Below are positions 27,129-37,046 of a stretch of DNA of 64,000 nt, piece by piece. The stretch is taken from positions 4,642 through 68,641 of the forward strand of contig JADGBR010000002.1 in the NCBI GenBank assembly GCA_015231405.1, in the 5' to 3' direction. The notes beneath the pieces are model-generated. The model did not search any database, was not told where the DNA came from, and worked only from the letters and a program-made list of their open reading frames with translations. The position numbers were made by a program, and so were the translations under genes. This DNA is from Candidatus Omnitrophota bacterium (GTDB taxonomy: Bacteria; Omnitrophota; Gorgyraeia; Tantalellales; Tantalellaceae). Numbering within the stretch: the first letter of the stretch is position 1; each line of letters begins with the position of its first letter.

Positions 27129-28395
27129 GTTTCCCCGATTGCGGCGTCATTTTTTCACCCTCCGCCGCCATGCTCAGATATCCTTTTTCCCGAAGCGCGT
27201 TCAATACCGTCCTGGCGACAAGTTCATTCCCGAGCTTACTATAATGCCCGCCGTAGACATTGTCATCTGAGTACAACTCGTCCAGGTCTCCCCTTCCCAA
27301 AAGTATTTCCGTCATGTCCACGGTCAGGACCTTATTCGATATATCCCCGATAACCTTCTCGTAATAGTTCCCTCTCTCCCTTATAAAAAGCACGTCATCT
27401 TTTTGCGGCATAAAAAGAAACACAGGCTGTATTCCTTTCTCCTCCGCCGTTCGAGAGAACTTTGATACGAGCGCAGAAAAGATCCCTCTAGAGTATCTTT
27501 CGCCGAATAACCTGACCCTGAGGTCCCTGTTTATTTCCATTATCTTCATCATGGGATATTCATCTATACGGGAGTTCGTTACGCCAAAAGCCCGGTAAAG
27601 TTTGGACATGAGAAGCGCCGTGATTATCGGGATATTACGCCCGGGCTTACGCAGCACGGAATAAAGGTACGGGAACCTCAGCATTTCGTCCCTGAACTTT
27701 GTCCGATAAAAGAAATCATTGCTCCTTATCCCGTCCAGGAATTCTTCGTACCTCCCTAGTTTCGAGGCATCGTCGATGATGTTATCGATCCTTACCAGAA
27801 GGCCATCCCTGAGGTCAAATCTGGGTTTAAACCCGAAGGTATTACCGAATTCGTTATAATGTTTCCAAACGCATAATATCCTCACGATAGTGGACGGGAC
27901 TACCCCCATAATGACTATCTCGGGATCAATGCGCCCAAGCTCCCTCTCCATGCGGATATAAGCTTGATCAAGTCCGTAGTTCCCAACCCCGAAATTAACG
28001 ACCCCCGCCCCTGAGAAGGACGCGAGGAACCACGGCCAGGTCTCGTCATCGTTCGTCTGGCGGCAAAATGTAAAAGAATCCCCGAAACAGGCTATCTTCA
28101 AGGGAAGGGATCCAAGCCCCGGATGGCGGCGCGCCCCGCGATCGTCCATATGGTAACTGGTAGAACCGTGTTTCCCCTTTTCCGGGTGAGACGTGTTAGG
28201 CTTTCTTATCCACCCCAGTTCGGGGTCGTAACCGTGTTCCAGGAACTTCTTTAACCCTTCCGGGTCTAAAACCGGACGCTCATCGCGCGGGGTGATGAGC
28301 CACTGAAAATCCCGCCTTAAACGCCCGACTGTAAAGGCTACCGCCAGCTCGAAAAGGAAAAGTACTGCCAGGATAACTATCGCCGCGATCGGCAT
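27118..28395 (-). CDS. SGNH hydrolase-like protein with N-terminal TM anchor
   Basis: DPELGW, FGDSFTF, NFGVGNYGLDQ, GHYSKLGN. Confidence 0.8.
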   Translation of the reverse strand: MPIAAIVILAVLFLFELAVAFTVGRLRRDFQWLITPRDERPVLDPEGLKKFLEHGYDPELGWIRKPNTSHPEKGKHGSTSYHMDDRGARRHPGLGSLPLKIACFGDSFTFCRQTNDDETWPWFLASFSGAGVVNFGVGNYGLDQAYIRMERELGRIDPEIVIMGVVPSTIVRILCVWKHYNEFGNTFGFKPRFDLRDGLLVRIDNIIDDASKLGRYEEFLDGIRSNDFFYRTKFRDEMLRFPYLYSVLRKPGRNIPIITALLMSKLYRAFGVTNSRIDEYPMMKIMEINRDLRVRLFGERYSRGIFSALVSKFSRTAEEKGIQPVFLFMPQKDDVLFIRERGNYYEKVIGDISNKVLTVDMTEILLGRGDLDELYSDDNVYGGHYSKLGNELVARTVLNALREKGYLSMAAEGEKMTPQSGKHEK

Positions 28396-28396
28396 A

Positions 28397-28918
28397 TCAG
28401 CGCCTCAATAAGGGTTTGATGCTCTTTATTATTTTTCCGCCTTCCCTGTACAGGTCATCCAATCCGCGGTCATTCTTTATGGTGAGATCCGGACCTAAGG
28501 GAGGCGGGAACGCTATATCCACTCCGACAACGTTCTTTATTTCGCCGTTAATAGCCTTTTTGTATATGCCTTTAGAGTCCCTCTGCACCAGGACGCCAAG
28601 ATCGGACTCGATATATACCTCGTAATAATCCCTGATGTTCTCCCTCATCCATCTCTGGCTTTCGTGGAACAGGGACAATACGGCGAAGATCACGTTTATT
28701 CCAGACGAATCAAGGTATTTACAGAGCCTTGTTATGCGGCCGGCGTTCTTCTTCCTGTCCTCGATCGTATGGCCGAGATCGTCGCCCATTATCTCCCTGA
28801 GTATATCCCCGTCCAAAAAAACCAGATTAGGGTATCCCGGTTTAAGTTCCTCATATACGCGTTTACCAAGCGCCGTCTTCCCGGAACCCGACATCCCGAT
28901 TATCCATAAGACCATCAA
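28397..28918 (-). CDS. APS-kinase-like protein (Cj1415-like CDP-amidate 3'-kinase candidate)
   Basis: GMSGSGKT, LDGD, RDSKGIY, NVVGVDI; located in the Cj1416-1418-like block, separate from canonical cysC. Confidence 0.82.
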   Translation of the reverse strand: MMVLWIIGMSGSGKTALGKRVYEELKPGYPNLVFLDGDILREIMGDDLGHTIEDRKKNAGRITRLCKYLDSSGINVIFAVLSLFHESQRWMRENIRDYYEVYIESDLGVLVQRDSKGIYKKAINGEIKNVVGVDIAFPPPLGPDLTIKNDRGLDDLYREGGKIIKSIKPLLRR

Positions 28919-28928
28919 TCACTCCCCT

Positions 28929-29729
28929 TTATTCCATACCCGGTTTATGCGCTATCAATACATAAATATTGCAAAATTGTTCCGGAAATAACCTGATAAG
29001 CGACCTCTGGATCAGGGAGGCGAAAGGCGAAAGCTTGTAGCCTTCCTTTCTCCCAAGATTCTCGTTAAACTCCTTATGCGCTTTATCCCTAAAGAACCTG
29101 AACTTGTAAAACAAAGGCATATTCTCGACCGGATATACTTCTTCGACCCAAAAACCGGCCTTAGTGAACAGTTCGACGAACTCCGCTCGTTTTAAATTTC
29201 GTTTGTGAAATTTATCCGGCGCGGCTTTAACCCCTTTTTTCCTGGCCGATCGCTCGTAAAGCCGGTCAGTTAGCCATGTCTCGACGTTATCCGCGCGAAA
29301 AGACGCGCATACTTTCCCTCCCGGTGATACGATGCGAAAGGTCTCACGTATGGCCACATCCAGGCCATTCTCGAGATTATGATACAAACCGAACGCCAAG
29401 ACATAGCCGAAATACCCGTCGGGGTACCTGAGGCCGGTGATATCCCCAACCTCTGCTTTGAGCTTAGGATCATGCTCTTTAAGCTTTCTGATCACTCCCT
29501 CGATAAAATCTATACCCGTTATATCGTACCCTTTATCGGCAAAATACCTGAGAACCCTTCCCGCGCCGCATCCCGCCTCCAATATCCTTTGGCCCGGGGA
29601 CCCGACCGTCATTTTAGCGTATTTCAGGGGGTATACATCAGGGTTATCCATAGGCTGGTCCACGGGTATATCATCCCATCTTTTAAACCAGTATTCGTTA
29701 TTGTCCTTCCAACGGTAAGTTATTCTCAT
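28929..29729 (-). CDS. Class I SAM-dependent methyltransferase
   Basis: ILEAGCGAG, GIDF, VGDI, PGG. Confidence 0.88.
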   Translation of the reverse strand: MRITYRWKDNNEYWFKRWDDIPVDQPMDNPDVYPLKYAKMTVGSPGQRILEAGCGAGRVLRYFADKGYDITGIDFIEGVIRKLKEHDPKLKAEVGDITGLRYPDGYFGYVLAFGLYHNLENGLDVAIRETFRIVSPGGKVCASFRADNVETWLTDRLYERSARKKGVKAAPDKFHKRNLKRAEFVELFTKAGFWVEEVYPVENMPLFYKFRFFRDKAHKEFNENLGRKEGYKLSPFASLIQRSLIRLFPEQFCNIYVLIAHKPGME

Positions 29730-29813
29730 ATTATCCTTTCCGGTTCCTCCCTCGTTATGACCGATTATATCAAATACCGGCTCATCGTTCCATACCGCTT
29801 TGGCGGCGGTCCA

Positions 29814-32003
29814 TTATAACGCTATCACTACCCGTTTACCCGCCTTGAGGTATTCCAGTGCGCTGTTTACGTGTAGGTTCAAAGCTTCAACGAATTCATT
29901 TTTCACCGCCAGAGGGACCTCGGCGACGATATTACTCTTTTCTCCCCTGTCCTTTTTGAGATCGTACATCTCAAAGACCTCATTTCTCCGCTCGAAGTTC
30001 GCGAAAGAAGAGCAGTCGAATTCCGTCCTGTAGATGAAAGAATAATTCCTGTCGCGAAGAGATATCGAGCACCTTTTGACGTAGATATCCTCGCTTATCG
30101 CGAATCGCCTTCCGGCTAAGGCCGCCTCATCCAAAAGGCTTTTACCCGAAAAACGCTGGCCTTTCGGGTCTATTCCGGCAAGGTCCAGGACAGTCGGGGC
30201 GATATCGATATTTGCCTCAACGGGTGAATCTTCGAGCCTCGGAACGAGCCCTAAACCCGCCGGGAATTTGACCGACATCCCCACGTTAACGAACTCGCCG
30301 TACAGGTCGAACTTCCCTATCACGCCGTGTTCAGCGAAATTCGTGCCGTGATCACCCATGATGATCACCAGAGAATCGTCATATTTATCCATATCCTTGA
30401 GGTAAGCGACGAATCTGTCGATGTGATGCATGCATAGGTCCAGTTCGGCTTTGTACAGATCGTTAAAATACAGCAATTGTTCATTTGTAAAGTCCAGCGC
30501 TCCCGGGACCTTCCTGTTCGCCTTCACGTCGCGAACTACGTCTTCAGTGGAGATCCTGTTAAGGACCCATTCCCGGTCCCGCGGAGGATAATAAGGCCAA
30601 TGAGCGTCCAGAATATGCAGGTAATAGAACTGGCGGCCTCTCGCCCCTGATTTTCTGTCCGCTTCCATTGCCCACGAGAAGGCCCTCTCCACGGTAGACT
30701 CGTTAAGTTCCTTATCGGTGATCCTGTAGTGATACCTGTCAAAGCCCCGGGAATAACCGTAATTCGGGACAGTCCTCGGCCCGGTCGCGTAGCCGTTAGT
30801 GATATATCCGTTCTCTTTCAGGATCTCCGGCAACAGCCTTATCTCTGAGCCTATCCCTTTCTGCGTCCTCGGATGGTTCACCCCGTGGTAAGATGGAAAA
30901 AGACCGGAGAGGAACGCGCCATAAGTGGGTAATGTCCATGGGCCCTGAGTCCAGGCGTTAGAAAATACGACGCTGTCCTTTATCATGCCGGAAAGGGCAC
31001 CGAACCCGCGCTCTTTCATCCCCTCGGCCGAAAGGAAATGGTCGCTCCTCAAACTGTCAACGACCAGAACGTAAATATTCATGTCTTTTCCGGGAGCACA
31101 CCGGGCACCGCCGAAAAGAGGTAAACTCACATAACACTTCGCGCCTTGGGCCCCTTCCGCCGAAAATCTTATCGATTTGAATTTGTCGTGTTCATGTCCG
31201 TTCCCGAGCGGCACAAGGCAGTCATTCCATACCCTGTCCCTGAAATACCGGTTGGGGTTGATGTCCTTGATGAAAAGATCTTCCTCGCCGCCGGATCCGC
31301 GCACCCCTTTTACCGTGAGCCTCGGAGCCTTAGGGGAAATCTCTTTTACCCCTACTCCCAAAGGCAGGACTTCATTATCGCCGACCGCCACATCGTGGCT
31401 CTGGCCGTTCCTGACCGCGAAACAGTTCCTCAGTTCATCACCTATCTGTACCTTCCCCGTCCCGCTCCTCGGCACTCCGGACGGAAGAGCGTCGTGTACC
31501 GACCTGTCCAGGCCTATGGCTCTGGCCACCGTCATGTCAAAATGCTTTCTTTTAGACAAATAGGCTTTATAAGCGAATAACATGACGGCATTGGCCGCGA
31601 TAAAAGCGGCCAACGCAGGGGCGGTTCCCACTCCCAAAAGACATAAACCCGATACCACGGCGACACAGAGCTGAAAACAGGCATCCCTCACGCAAACTCC
31701 GTAATTCGTCCTATAGATCATGAACCAATATCCCGAAAGAAAGTAGGCCAGATAAAAGAACGAAGCCACGCCAAGAGCGAAAGAAAGGATGACCCGGATA
31801 TCGGCAAGGAACACCGCTCCGCCGCCCAACAAATCCCGAAAGAATATATAATTCCCGGCCACACCAACTGAACATATGATTCCCAGACGCATATCCTTCC
31901 CCGCCATGCGTATAAGCTCAAGCCAGAAAATGAGGAAGCGGCCCGCTCGCGTCCATTCCGAGATCTTCAGCTTAAAAATACTGAAATGGTTATCCACTGG
32001 CAC
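29814..32003 (-). CDS. Membrane-anchored sulfatase/alkaline-phosphatase-superfamily protein
   Basis: N-terminal TM helices; VVDSLRSDH, WTLPT, DAHWPY, GDHG, DIAPT, YDL. Start could be GTG 31997. Confidence 0.85.
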   Translation of the reverse strand: MPVDNHFSIFKLKISEWTRAGRFLIFWLELIRMAGKDMRLGIICSVGVAGNYIFFRDLLGGGAVFLADIRVILSFALGVASFFYLAYFLSGYWFMIYRTNYGVCVRDACFQLCVAVVSGLCLLGVGTAPALAAFIAANAVMLFAYKAYLSKRKHFDMTVARAIGLDRSVHDALPSGVPRSGTGKVQIGDELRNCFAVRNGQSHDVAVGDNEVLPLGVGVKEISPKAPRLTVKGVRGSGGEEDLFIKDINPNRYFRDRVWNDCLVPLGNGHEHDKFKSIRFSAEGAQGAKCYVSLPLFGGARCAPGKDMNIYVLVVDSLRSDHFLSAEGMKERGFGALSGMIKDSVVFSNAWTQGPWTLPTYGAFLSGLFPSYHGVNHPRTQKGIGSEIRLLPEILKENGYITNGYATGPRTVPNYGYSRGFDRYHYRITDKELNESTVERAFSWAMEADRKSGARGRQFYYLHILDAHWPYYPPRDREWVLNRISTEDVVRDVKANRKVPGALDFTNEQLLYFNDLYKAELDLCMHHIDRFVAYLKDMDKYDDSLVIIMGDHGTNFAEHGVIGKFDLYGEFVNVGMSVKFPAGLGLVPRLEDSPVEANIDIAPTVLDLAGIDPKGQRFSGKSLLDEAALAGRRFAISEDIYVKRCSISLRDRNYSFIYRTEFDCSSFANFERRNEVFEMYDLKKDRGEKSNIVAEVPLAVKNEFVEALNLHVNSALEYLKAGKRVVIAL

Positions 32004-33489
32004 CTCCGGTATCGGATGTTTTTTTCCTTTTGATCTTATCGGAGACCAGCTCCAATAAGATCTTCCCTATGCCCGTATTTTTGTCGATATAGGCGAGTCC
32101 GGCCAGTGTAAAAAGGCCGTACAGGACAGTTTTAACGGCAAGCTCAAGAGCTTCATTCCCGAATTTCACATAGGACCCAATCGCGAATACCACGAGAAAT
32201 ACCAGGATGAACGGCAGGAATGTCCGGGCGAGATATCCGGTAAAAGAGACGCCCTTGACAAGGCCGAAGATATCGACCGATATCACCAGGAACATGAGCA
32301 TCGCCGCGATCGAGCTCGAGACTGCCACTCCCGTGATACCGAACCCGTTCCTGATGGCGAAATAATTGAGGCCCGCGTTCACGGCGATGGCGCCTAAGGT
32401 CGTAAAAAGAAGGAACATTACCCTGTTATTCACTATGAGGTAGTTCTTTATATGCCCGGAGAGAACTATGAAGAAAGTGCATACAAGCATCATTTTCATC
32501 GCACCTATCCCGGGTCCGAAATCGGGCATCGTGTATTTGAAGAACACCGGAAGAAAAATGAAGCCCGCGCCGAGGATAAGCGACATTATGCCTGAAGTTA
32601 TCTCAGTATACCTTATGACATACCTCCCCGTCGCGGAAACATCCTTCGATCTTCCCAGATCCTCGATAAAATACGGGGACAACACCGAAGCGAAGTTCTG
32701 CGAAAGCTCGGTCGTATACGATCTCGCCATAGTGGCGATCGAATAGTACCCAAGAGGGATAAGACCCAGCATCTTAGCTATCATCATGCTGTCGACGCTG
32801 TAAAAAAGAACTATACACGACGCCGAAATGGATATCGGGAACCCGAACTTCACGTATTCCGTTATCTTTTTCCAGTCCAGGACGGGGACCACTTCATACC
32901 TGACGTGGCAGAACACGTAAGCAATATTCAAAACCGGCAGGATGACGCTCAAGGCGTACATCCCGTATATCTTGAACCTCGCGACTAACAGGACTATAAG
33001 CAGGAGATTCATCGCGCTGTCGAATATGTACGAACCGCCAAGGATCTTGAAATCTTTGTGGGCCCTCAGCAGCATGGTATAAAAAGCCATAACTCTTTGA
33101 ATGATAAAAAAGACCGGCAGGACAAGAAAACCTATGAAAAGCTCATGCGCGATCCTGCCTTTCAGAAAGAACGCCGCGATAAGGAACACCAGCGCGACGA
33201 GGGCGTTCATGAGGAACATGAAAGCGAAAACCGTGCCCTGTATCTCGTTCACCTTTCGGATATCCCCGCCGCCTTTAAAATACGGCACCTTAAAATACAG
33301 GAACTGAAGCGCACCGAGGTCGTTATACGACGCGTATCCCATAAATACCCTAATAAGACCCCACATTCCCGTGTAAAGCGGCCCGAGAAAATTTCTCATG
33401 AGAACTGATATGAAAAACCCTATGAACTGGCTGATATATCGGCCGGCGCTGTATGACACTATGTTACCGATTATGTCTTTTTTTCGCAT
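31990..33489 (-). CDS. Oligosaccharide flippase (Wzx/MOP family)
   Basis: About 14 TM, LGP..G, FGFP, D.MMI..MLG...LGYYSIA, GITGVAVS. Confidence 0.88.
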   Translation of the reverse strand: MRKKDIIGNIVSYSAGRYISQFIGFFISVLMRNFLGPLYTGMWGLIRVFMGYASYNDLGALQFLYFKVPYFKGGGDIRKVNEIQGTVFAFMFLMNALVALVFLIAAFFLKGRIAHELFIGFLVLPVFFIIQRVMAFYTMLLRAHKDFKILGGSYIFDSAMNLLLIVLLVARFKIYGMYALSVILPVLNIAYVFCHVRYEVVPVLDWKKITEYVKFGFPISISASCIVLFYSVDSMMIAKMLGLIPLGYYSIATMARSYTTELSQNFASVLSPYFIEDLGRSKDVSATGRYVIRYTEITSGIMSLILGAGFIFLPVFFKYTMPDFGPGIGAMKMMLVCTFFIVLSGHIKNYLIVNNRVMFLLFTTLGAIAVNAGLNYFAIRNGFGITGVAVSSSIAAMLMFLVISVDIFGLVKGVSFTGYLARTFLPFILVFLVVFAIGSYVKFGNEALELAVKTVLYGLFTLAGLAYIDKNTGIGKILLELVSDKIKRKKTSDTGGASG

Positions 33490-33505
33490 TATCCCCTTGA
33501 TCCCT

Positions 33506-34519
33506 TCAGGTTTTTTCTATCACAAAATGCGGCTTCACGAAGAAATTATCATTGCAATTCGCGCATAACGGGATCATCCCGTATCCGCCGTCGACATGGA
33601 TCTTTCTTACCTCGCGCATCCTTTGGCCGTTCCAGAGCCCTTTAAGGCTGCCTTCCCTGAAAACGTTACCCACATTGTTATCGACGTCGTAATCCCAGCA
33701 GCATATAGGTATATCCCCGTTGACCGCTACGGTTATCATATGGTTCCAGAGCCTGCCGCAAGGCACCTTCACCTGCCTTCCCGCCGAATCGCCCGAATAC
33801 TCTATCCCTGTTAAACCGGCGTAATTTGTGGCGTACAGAAGGGCTATCTCGTCCAGTCCCGATACCAGCCTCTCTTTCCATTTCACGCGGTACTCATCGA
33901 CCTCGTGTTTATTCTTGCCGTAAACAGCCATTTGCATGCGCACCCTTAGATCGGTCCTGCCGAGCTCTTTCCTTACCTTGAGAAATGATACAATGTTATT
34001 CTCCACGGTCTCGAATTCAAGCCCCTTCCTTATCTCCTCATATGTTCCCCTTGTCGCGCCGTCCACGGAGAAGCTGATCGCTTTCCAGGGATACCCCAGC
34101 AAACGGCGCGACGCGGCCTCATCCAGAAGACTCGCGTTGGTCGTTATCGAGACGAGCTCCATGCCCTTGGCTATAGCGTAATCCATTTTGTCGAATATCC
34201 CTTTATCCGTAAAGGGCTCGCCAAGCTGGCCGAGGTATAGCCTCTTTATGTTCTCCGCCGCGGCGATATCTATTATCCGCGCGTAATCCTGAAGGGGCAT
34301 TATCTTTTTATTCCGCTTCATGTCTTTATACGCGCACATCTCGCATCGGGCGTTGCATACGTTCGTGTTCTCGACGGCGATATCCGTCAGAACGACGTTC
34401 CCGGACCTTTCGGACCACAACCGCTTGTAATAAGCGAGGATCAACGCCTTTACGATGTTGTTCGATATCAATCCCGGATTATTGAACAATAGCCTTTTCA
34501 CATTTTCTTTGATGCTCAT
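33506..34519 (-). CDS. Radical SAM protein with SPASM/twitch domain
   Basis: CNARCEMC, GEPF, TTNA, C-terminal C..LW...CCWD...CANC. Confidence 0.9.
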   Translation of the reverse strand: MSIKENVKRLLFNNPGLISNNIVKALILAYYKRLWSERSGNVVLTDIAVENTNVCNARCEMCAYKDMKRNKKIMPLQDYARIIDIAAAENIKRLYLGQLGEPFTDKGIFDKMDYAIAKGMELVSITTNASLLDEAASRRLLGYPWKAISFSVDGATRGTYEEIRKGLEFETVENNIVSFLKVRKELGRTDLRVRMQMAVYGKNKHEVDEYRVKWKERLVSGLDEIALLYATNYAGLTGIEYSGDSAGRQVKVPCGRLWNHMITVAVNGDIPICCWDYDVDNNVGNVFREGSLKGLWNGQRMREVRKIHVDGGYGMIPLCANCNDNFFVKPHFVIEKT

Positions 34520-34525
34520 GCTACC

Positions 34526-36394
34526 TCACTTACCCAACAGTTCAAATATTTTAGCGACGGTCCTTTCGGTGTTACACCCGTCATTTTTTCCAAGATACCG
34601 TTCAATTTTCTCCCGGCTCATACTTTTCCCGTGAAAGGCGCTATTATCCGGGTGGCACTTCATCACTTTCCCGATAAACCGTCTCAACGCTTCCCTATCC
34701 CCGGCTATCTCGCACAACCCTTCCTTAGCGAACGGGAAACCGTCTTCGATCCCGAAAAAACTGAGGACGAGAGTAGGAATATCCAAAAGCAGCGCCTCAA
34801 CTATCGAAGGGGTCCAGTACCCGATGAACATGGCGTCACATTGTGGCAGGATATCGAAAAAATCGCAGTTTTCAAGACATAATTCGATGCCGCATCGATG
34901 TCCCTTAAAGGGAGCGGTAGCCTCCGTCCAGAGCTGCTTCTCGTTCTTGAACCTGGCCATGTCGGACGGATGGGGGCGCACTATAAGCCTGGCGTCATAG
35001 TCCTTTATCTCAAGAAGAACGGCCCTCAGGTACGCTTTCATATGATCGCCTCTTTCAAATTGCGTCAAACCCATATAAGCCGGATGAGTCAGCTGAAAAT
35101 CGTTCAGAGATGTACCGCAAAATAAAAAAACGGGACGCTCTCCGTTTCTATTTCCGTTACGCTTCTTTTTCCCGAAAAACGCGTCGTTCTTCGGTATCCC
35201 GGTCGGGTGGATATGTTCCCCGTCCCACCCCCTCGCCATGTATAGTTCCTTTTCAAAATCAGAATTGACAAATGTTTCCGTCAGGAAAAATCTCATTTTA
35301 TCACCTGGGACCGAGAATCTCTGCGCACCGTACCCGTGCGAAACACAGAACCTCGGTATGCCCCTCTCCTTGAAAAATGCAGCCATAAAACCGCGTTTCG
35401 GCCCCCAATCCTCGTCGACGAGAAGCGCCTTCACTTTCAGCTTCGCGAGCAGCCTGTCATATATGGCGTAGTCTCTAGCATATGTCCTGATATGCTCCCG
35501 GCATGTCGCCCTTATAGCGCCGGATATTGAGCGCCCGAGGTCTTTTCCCCTGAAATTGAACCATCCCCGCGACTCTAAAGTTCCTAAAACACCCGTGAAA
35601 TATTCGTTGTAAGCCGCTGAAGCCGCCTTCTCCAGCCGGGAAGAACGAAAAGTATCCGGCACTAAATAACCGAACCCGTTCGCTTCCGAGAACCTGTACT
35701 GTTCAAGATGAAAATCAAAATCGTACAAAGACACGTCGTGCCCCGTTTTTTTTATCCCGGCTAGCACCGGACCCAGGTGCCTTAAAGACCCGCATGAGAG
35801 AAAGATCTCCCGTCTACGCCCCACGGGCGGAAGTGCTGAATAACATTTCTGTATGACCTTCCGGAGGGTCTCTTTTACCAGGACAGCCCCGGAGGATACC
35901 CTCCCACGAAAAACATGGATATTGTTCACCTCGTACCCGTATTTAGCGCTCATTTCCCTTAAGGCTGAGCTTAAAAGAACGTTACCGTTAAATCCCGGAA
36001 AGGTTGAGGTATCCGCCTGGTCGAACAGGATCACTTCCTCCGGCCTGAATTTTTCCGACAGGTATTCGGCGTAAAGATAGTTCTTAAGAAAAGCCACAAG
36101 ATAGCACGTTAAAAAAACATAGAGCGCGTTATTGATCTCTATGCCGCGAAAATGACCCGATCGGCCTGTGGCTTCCGTCCAGTTCAGGGCTTTATCGAAC
36201 GCCCAGAGATTTATCTCATTCCATAGGGCCTTCAAAGCGCCTTCTTCGACAACGACATACTCCTGATCATTCGCGTCGAGAAAAGTCCTGAACGGCAGGC
36301 TGTCGCATACCACGACGATATCGCCGGCGTCCGGAACGCTCTCCTTAAAGGCCTTATACTGTTCCTCATTGGATAATACGGCCAACCGCTTCAT
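34526..36394 (-). CDS. GT-B-type carbohydrate transferase (sialyltransferase / glycerophosphotransferase-like)
   Basis: SHG, TGIPKND, RPHP, SIVEALLLDIP; context downstream of nonulosonate genes. Confidence 0.55.
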   Translation of the reverse strand: MKRLAVLSNEEQYKAFKESVPDAGDIVVVCDSLPFRTFLDANDQEYVVVEEGALKALWNEINLWAFDKALNWTEATGRSGHFRGIEINNALYVFLTCYLVAFLKNYLYAEYLSEKFRPEEVILFDQADTSTFPGFNGNVLLSSALREMSAKYGYEVNNIHVFRGRVSSGAVLVKETLRKVIQKCYSALPPVGRRREIFLSCGSLRHLGPVLAGIKKTGHDVSLYDFDFHLEQYRFSEANGFGYLVPDTFRSSRLEKAASAAYNEYFTGVLGTLESRGWFNFRGKDLGRSISGAIRATCREHIRTYARDYAIYDRLLAKLKVKALLVDEDWGPKRGFMAAFFKERGIPRFCVSHGYGAQRFSVPGDKMRFFLTETFVNSDFEKELYMARGWDGEHIHPTGIPKNDAFFGKKKRNGNRNGERPVFLFCGTSLNDFQLTHPAYMGLTQFERGDHMKAYLRAVLLEIKDYDARLIVRPHPSDMARFKNEKQLWTEATAPFKGHRCGIELCLENCDFFDILPQCDAMFIGYWTPSIVEALLLDIPTLVLSFFGIEDGFPFAKEGLCEIAGDREALRRFIGKVMKCHPDNSAFHGKSMSREKIERYLGKNDGCNTERTVAKIFELLGK

Positions 36395-36410
36395 TCTTCT
36401 CCTCGTTTGA

Positions 36411-37046
36411 TCATAATTTTAAGAATTCTTCCAGTATTTTCAACCCTTCCATCCCGCTTTTTTCCGGATGGAACTGGAAACCGTAAATATTGCCTTTCAT
36501 GACTCCCGAACAGAAAATATTTTCCCCGAATAAAGTCCCCGCTATCCAGCTCTCATCTTCTTCCGGACAAGCGGCATAAGAATGGACAAAATACATGTCT
36601 TTACCTTTTCTCACTTTCTTAAGTATCGATCCATCCCACACCTCTTCTCCTTTATCTCCATAAGGAACGATACTTCCCCATCCTATATGGGGTATCTTTA
36701 CGCCTGGCTGTTCCGGCAATCTTTTAACCCCTCCGGGTATGATCCCAAGGCCCTCATGCCTGCCGAACTCCTCGCTGAAAGAAAATAAAAGCTGCATCCC
36801 GAGACATATCCCCATTAACGGTTTTCCACTCGCCGCGACGTCCCTTATCGGCCCCGACATTCCCCGCTCGTTCAGCCTTCTCATCCCCTCGCCAAAAGCC
36901 CCAACGCCCGGCAGGACTATATGATCCGCGTCCTCCAGTCCCTCCGGGGTATTTACGGTCTTTACGTCACAGCCGAAACTTTCAAAAGCCCTGGCCACGC
37001 TGAAGATGTTACCCAGGTAATAATCTATTATCCTCACCTTTTTCAT
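36411..37046 (-). CDS. hisH: HisH-like glutamine amidotransferase subunit (glycan-locus paralog, WbuY-like)
   Basis: LPGVGAF, GICLGMQ, PHIGW, YFVHSY, FQFHPEKS. Confidence 0.9.
   Translation of the reverse strand: MKKVRIIDYYLGNIFSVARAFESFGCDVKTVNTPEGLEDADHIVLPGVGAFGEGMRRLNERGMSGPIRDVAASGKPLMGICLGMQLLFSFSEEFGRHEGLGIIPGGVKRLPEQPGVKIPHIGWGSIVPYGDKGEEVWDGSILKKVRKGKDMYFVHSYAACPEEDESWIAGTLFGENIFCSGVMKGNIYGFQFHPEKSGMEGLKILEEFLKL

Noticed and set aside
28397-28918. Second sulfate-pathway cysC
   Set aside because: It lacks the FTGISxPYE motif of the true cysC at 62648-63160 and lies within the phosphoramidate block.
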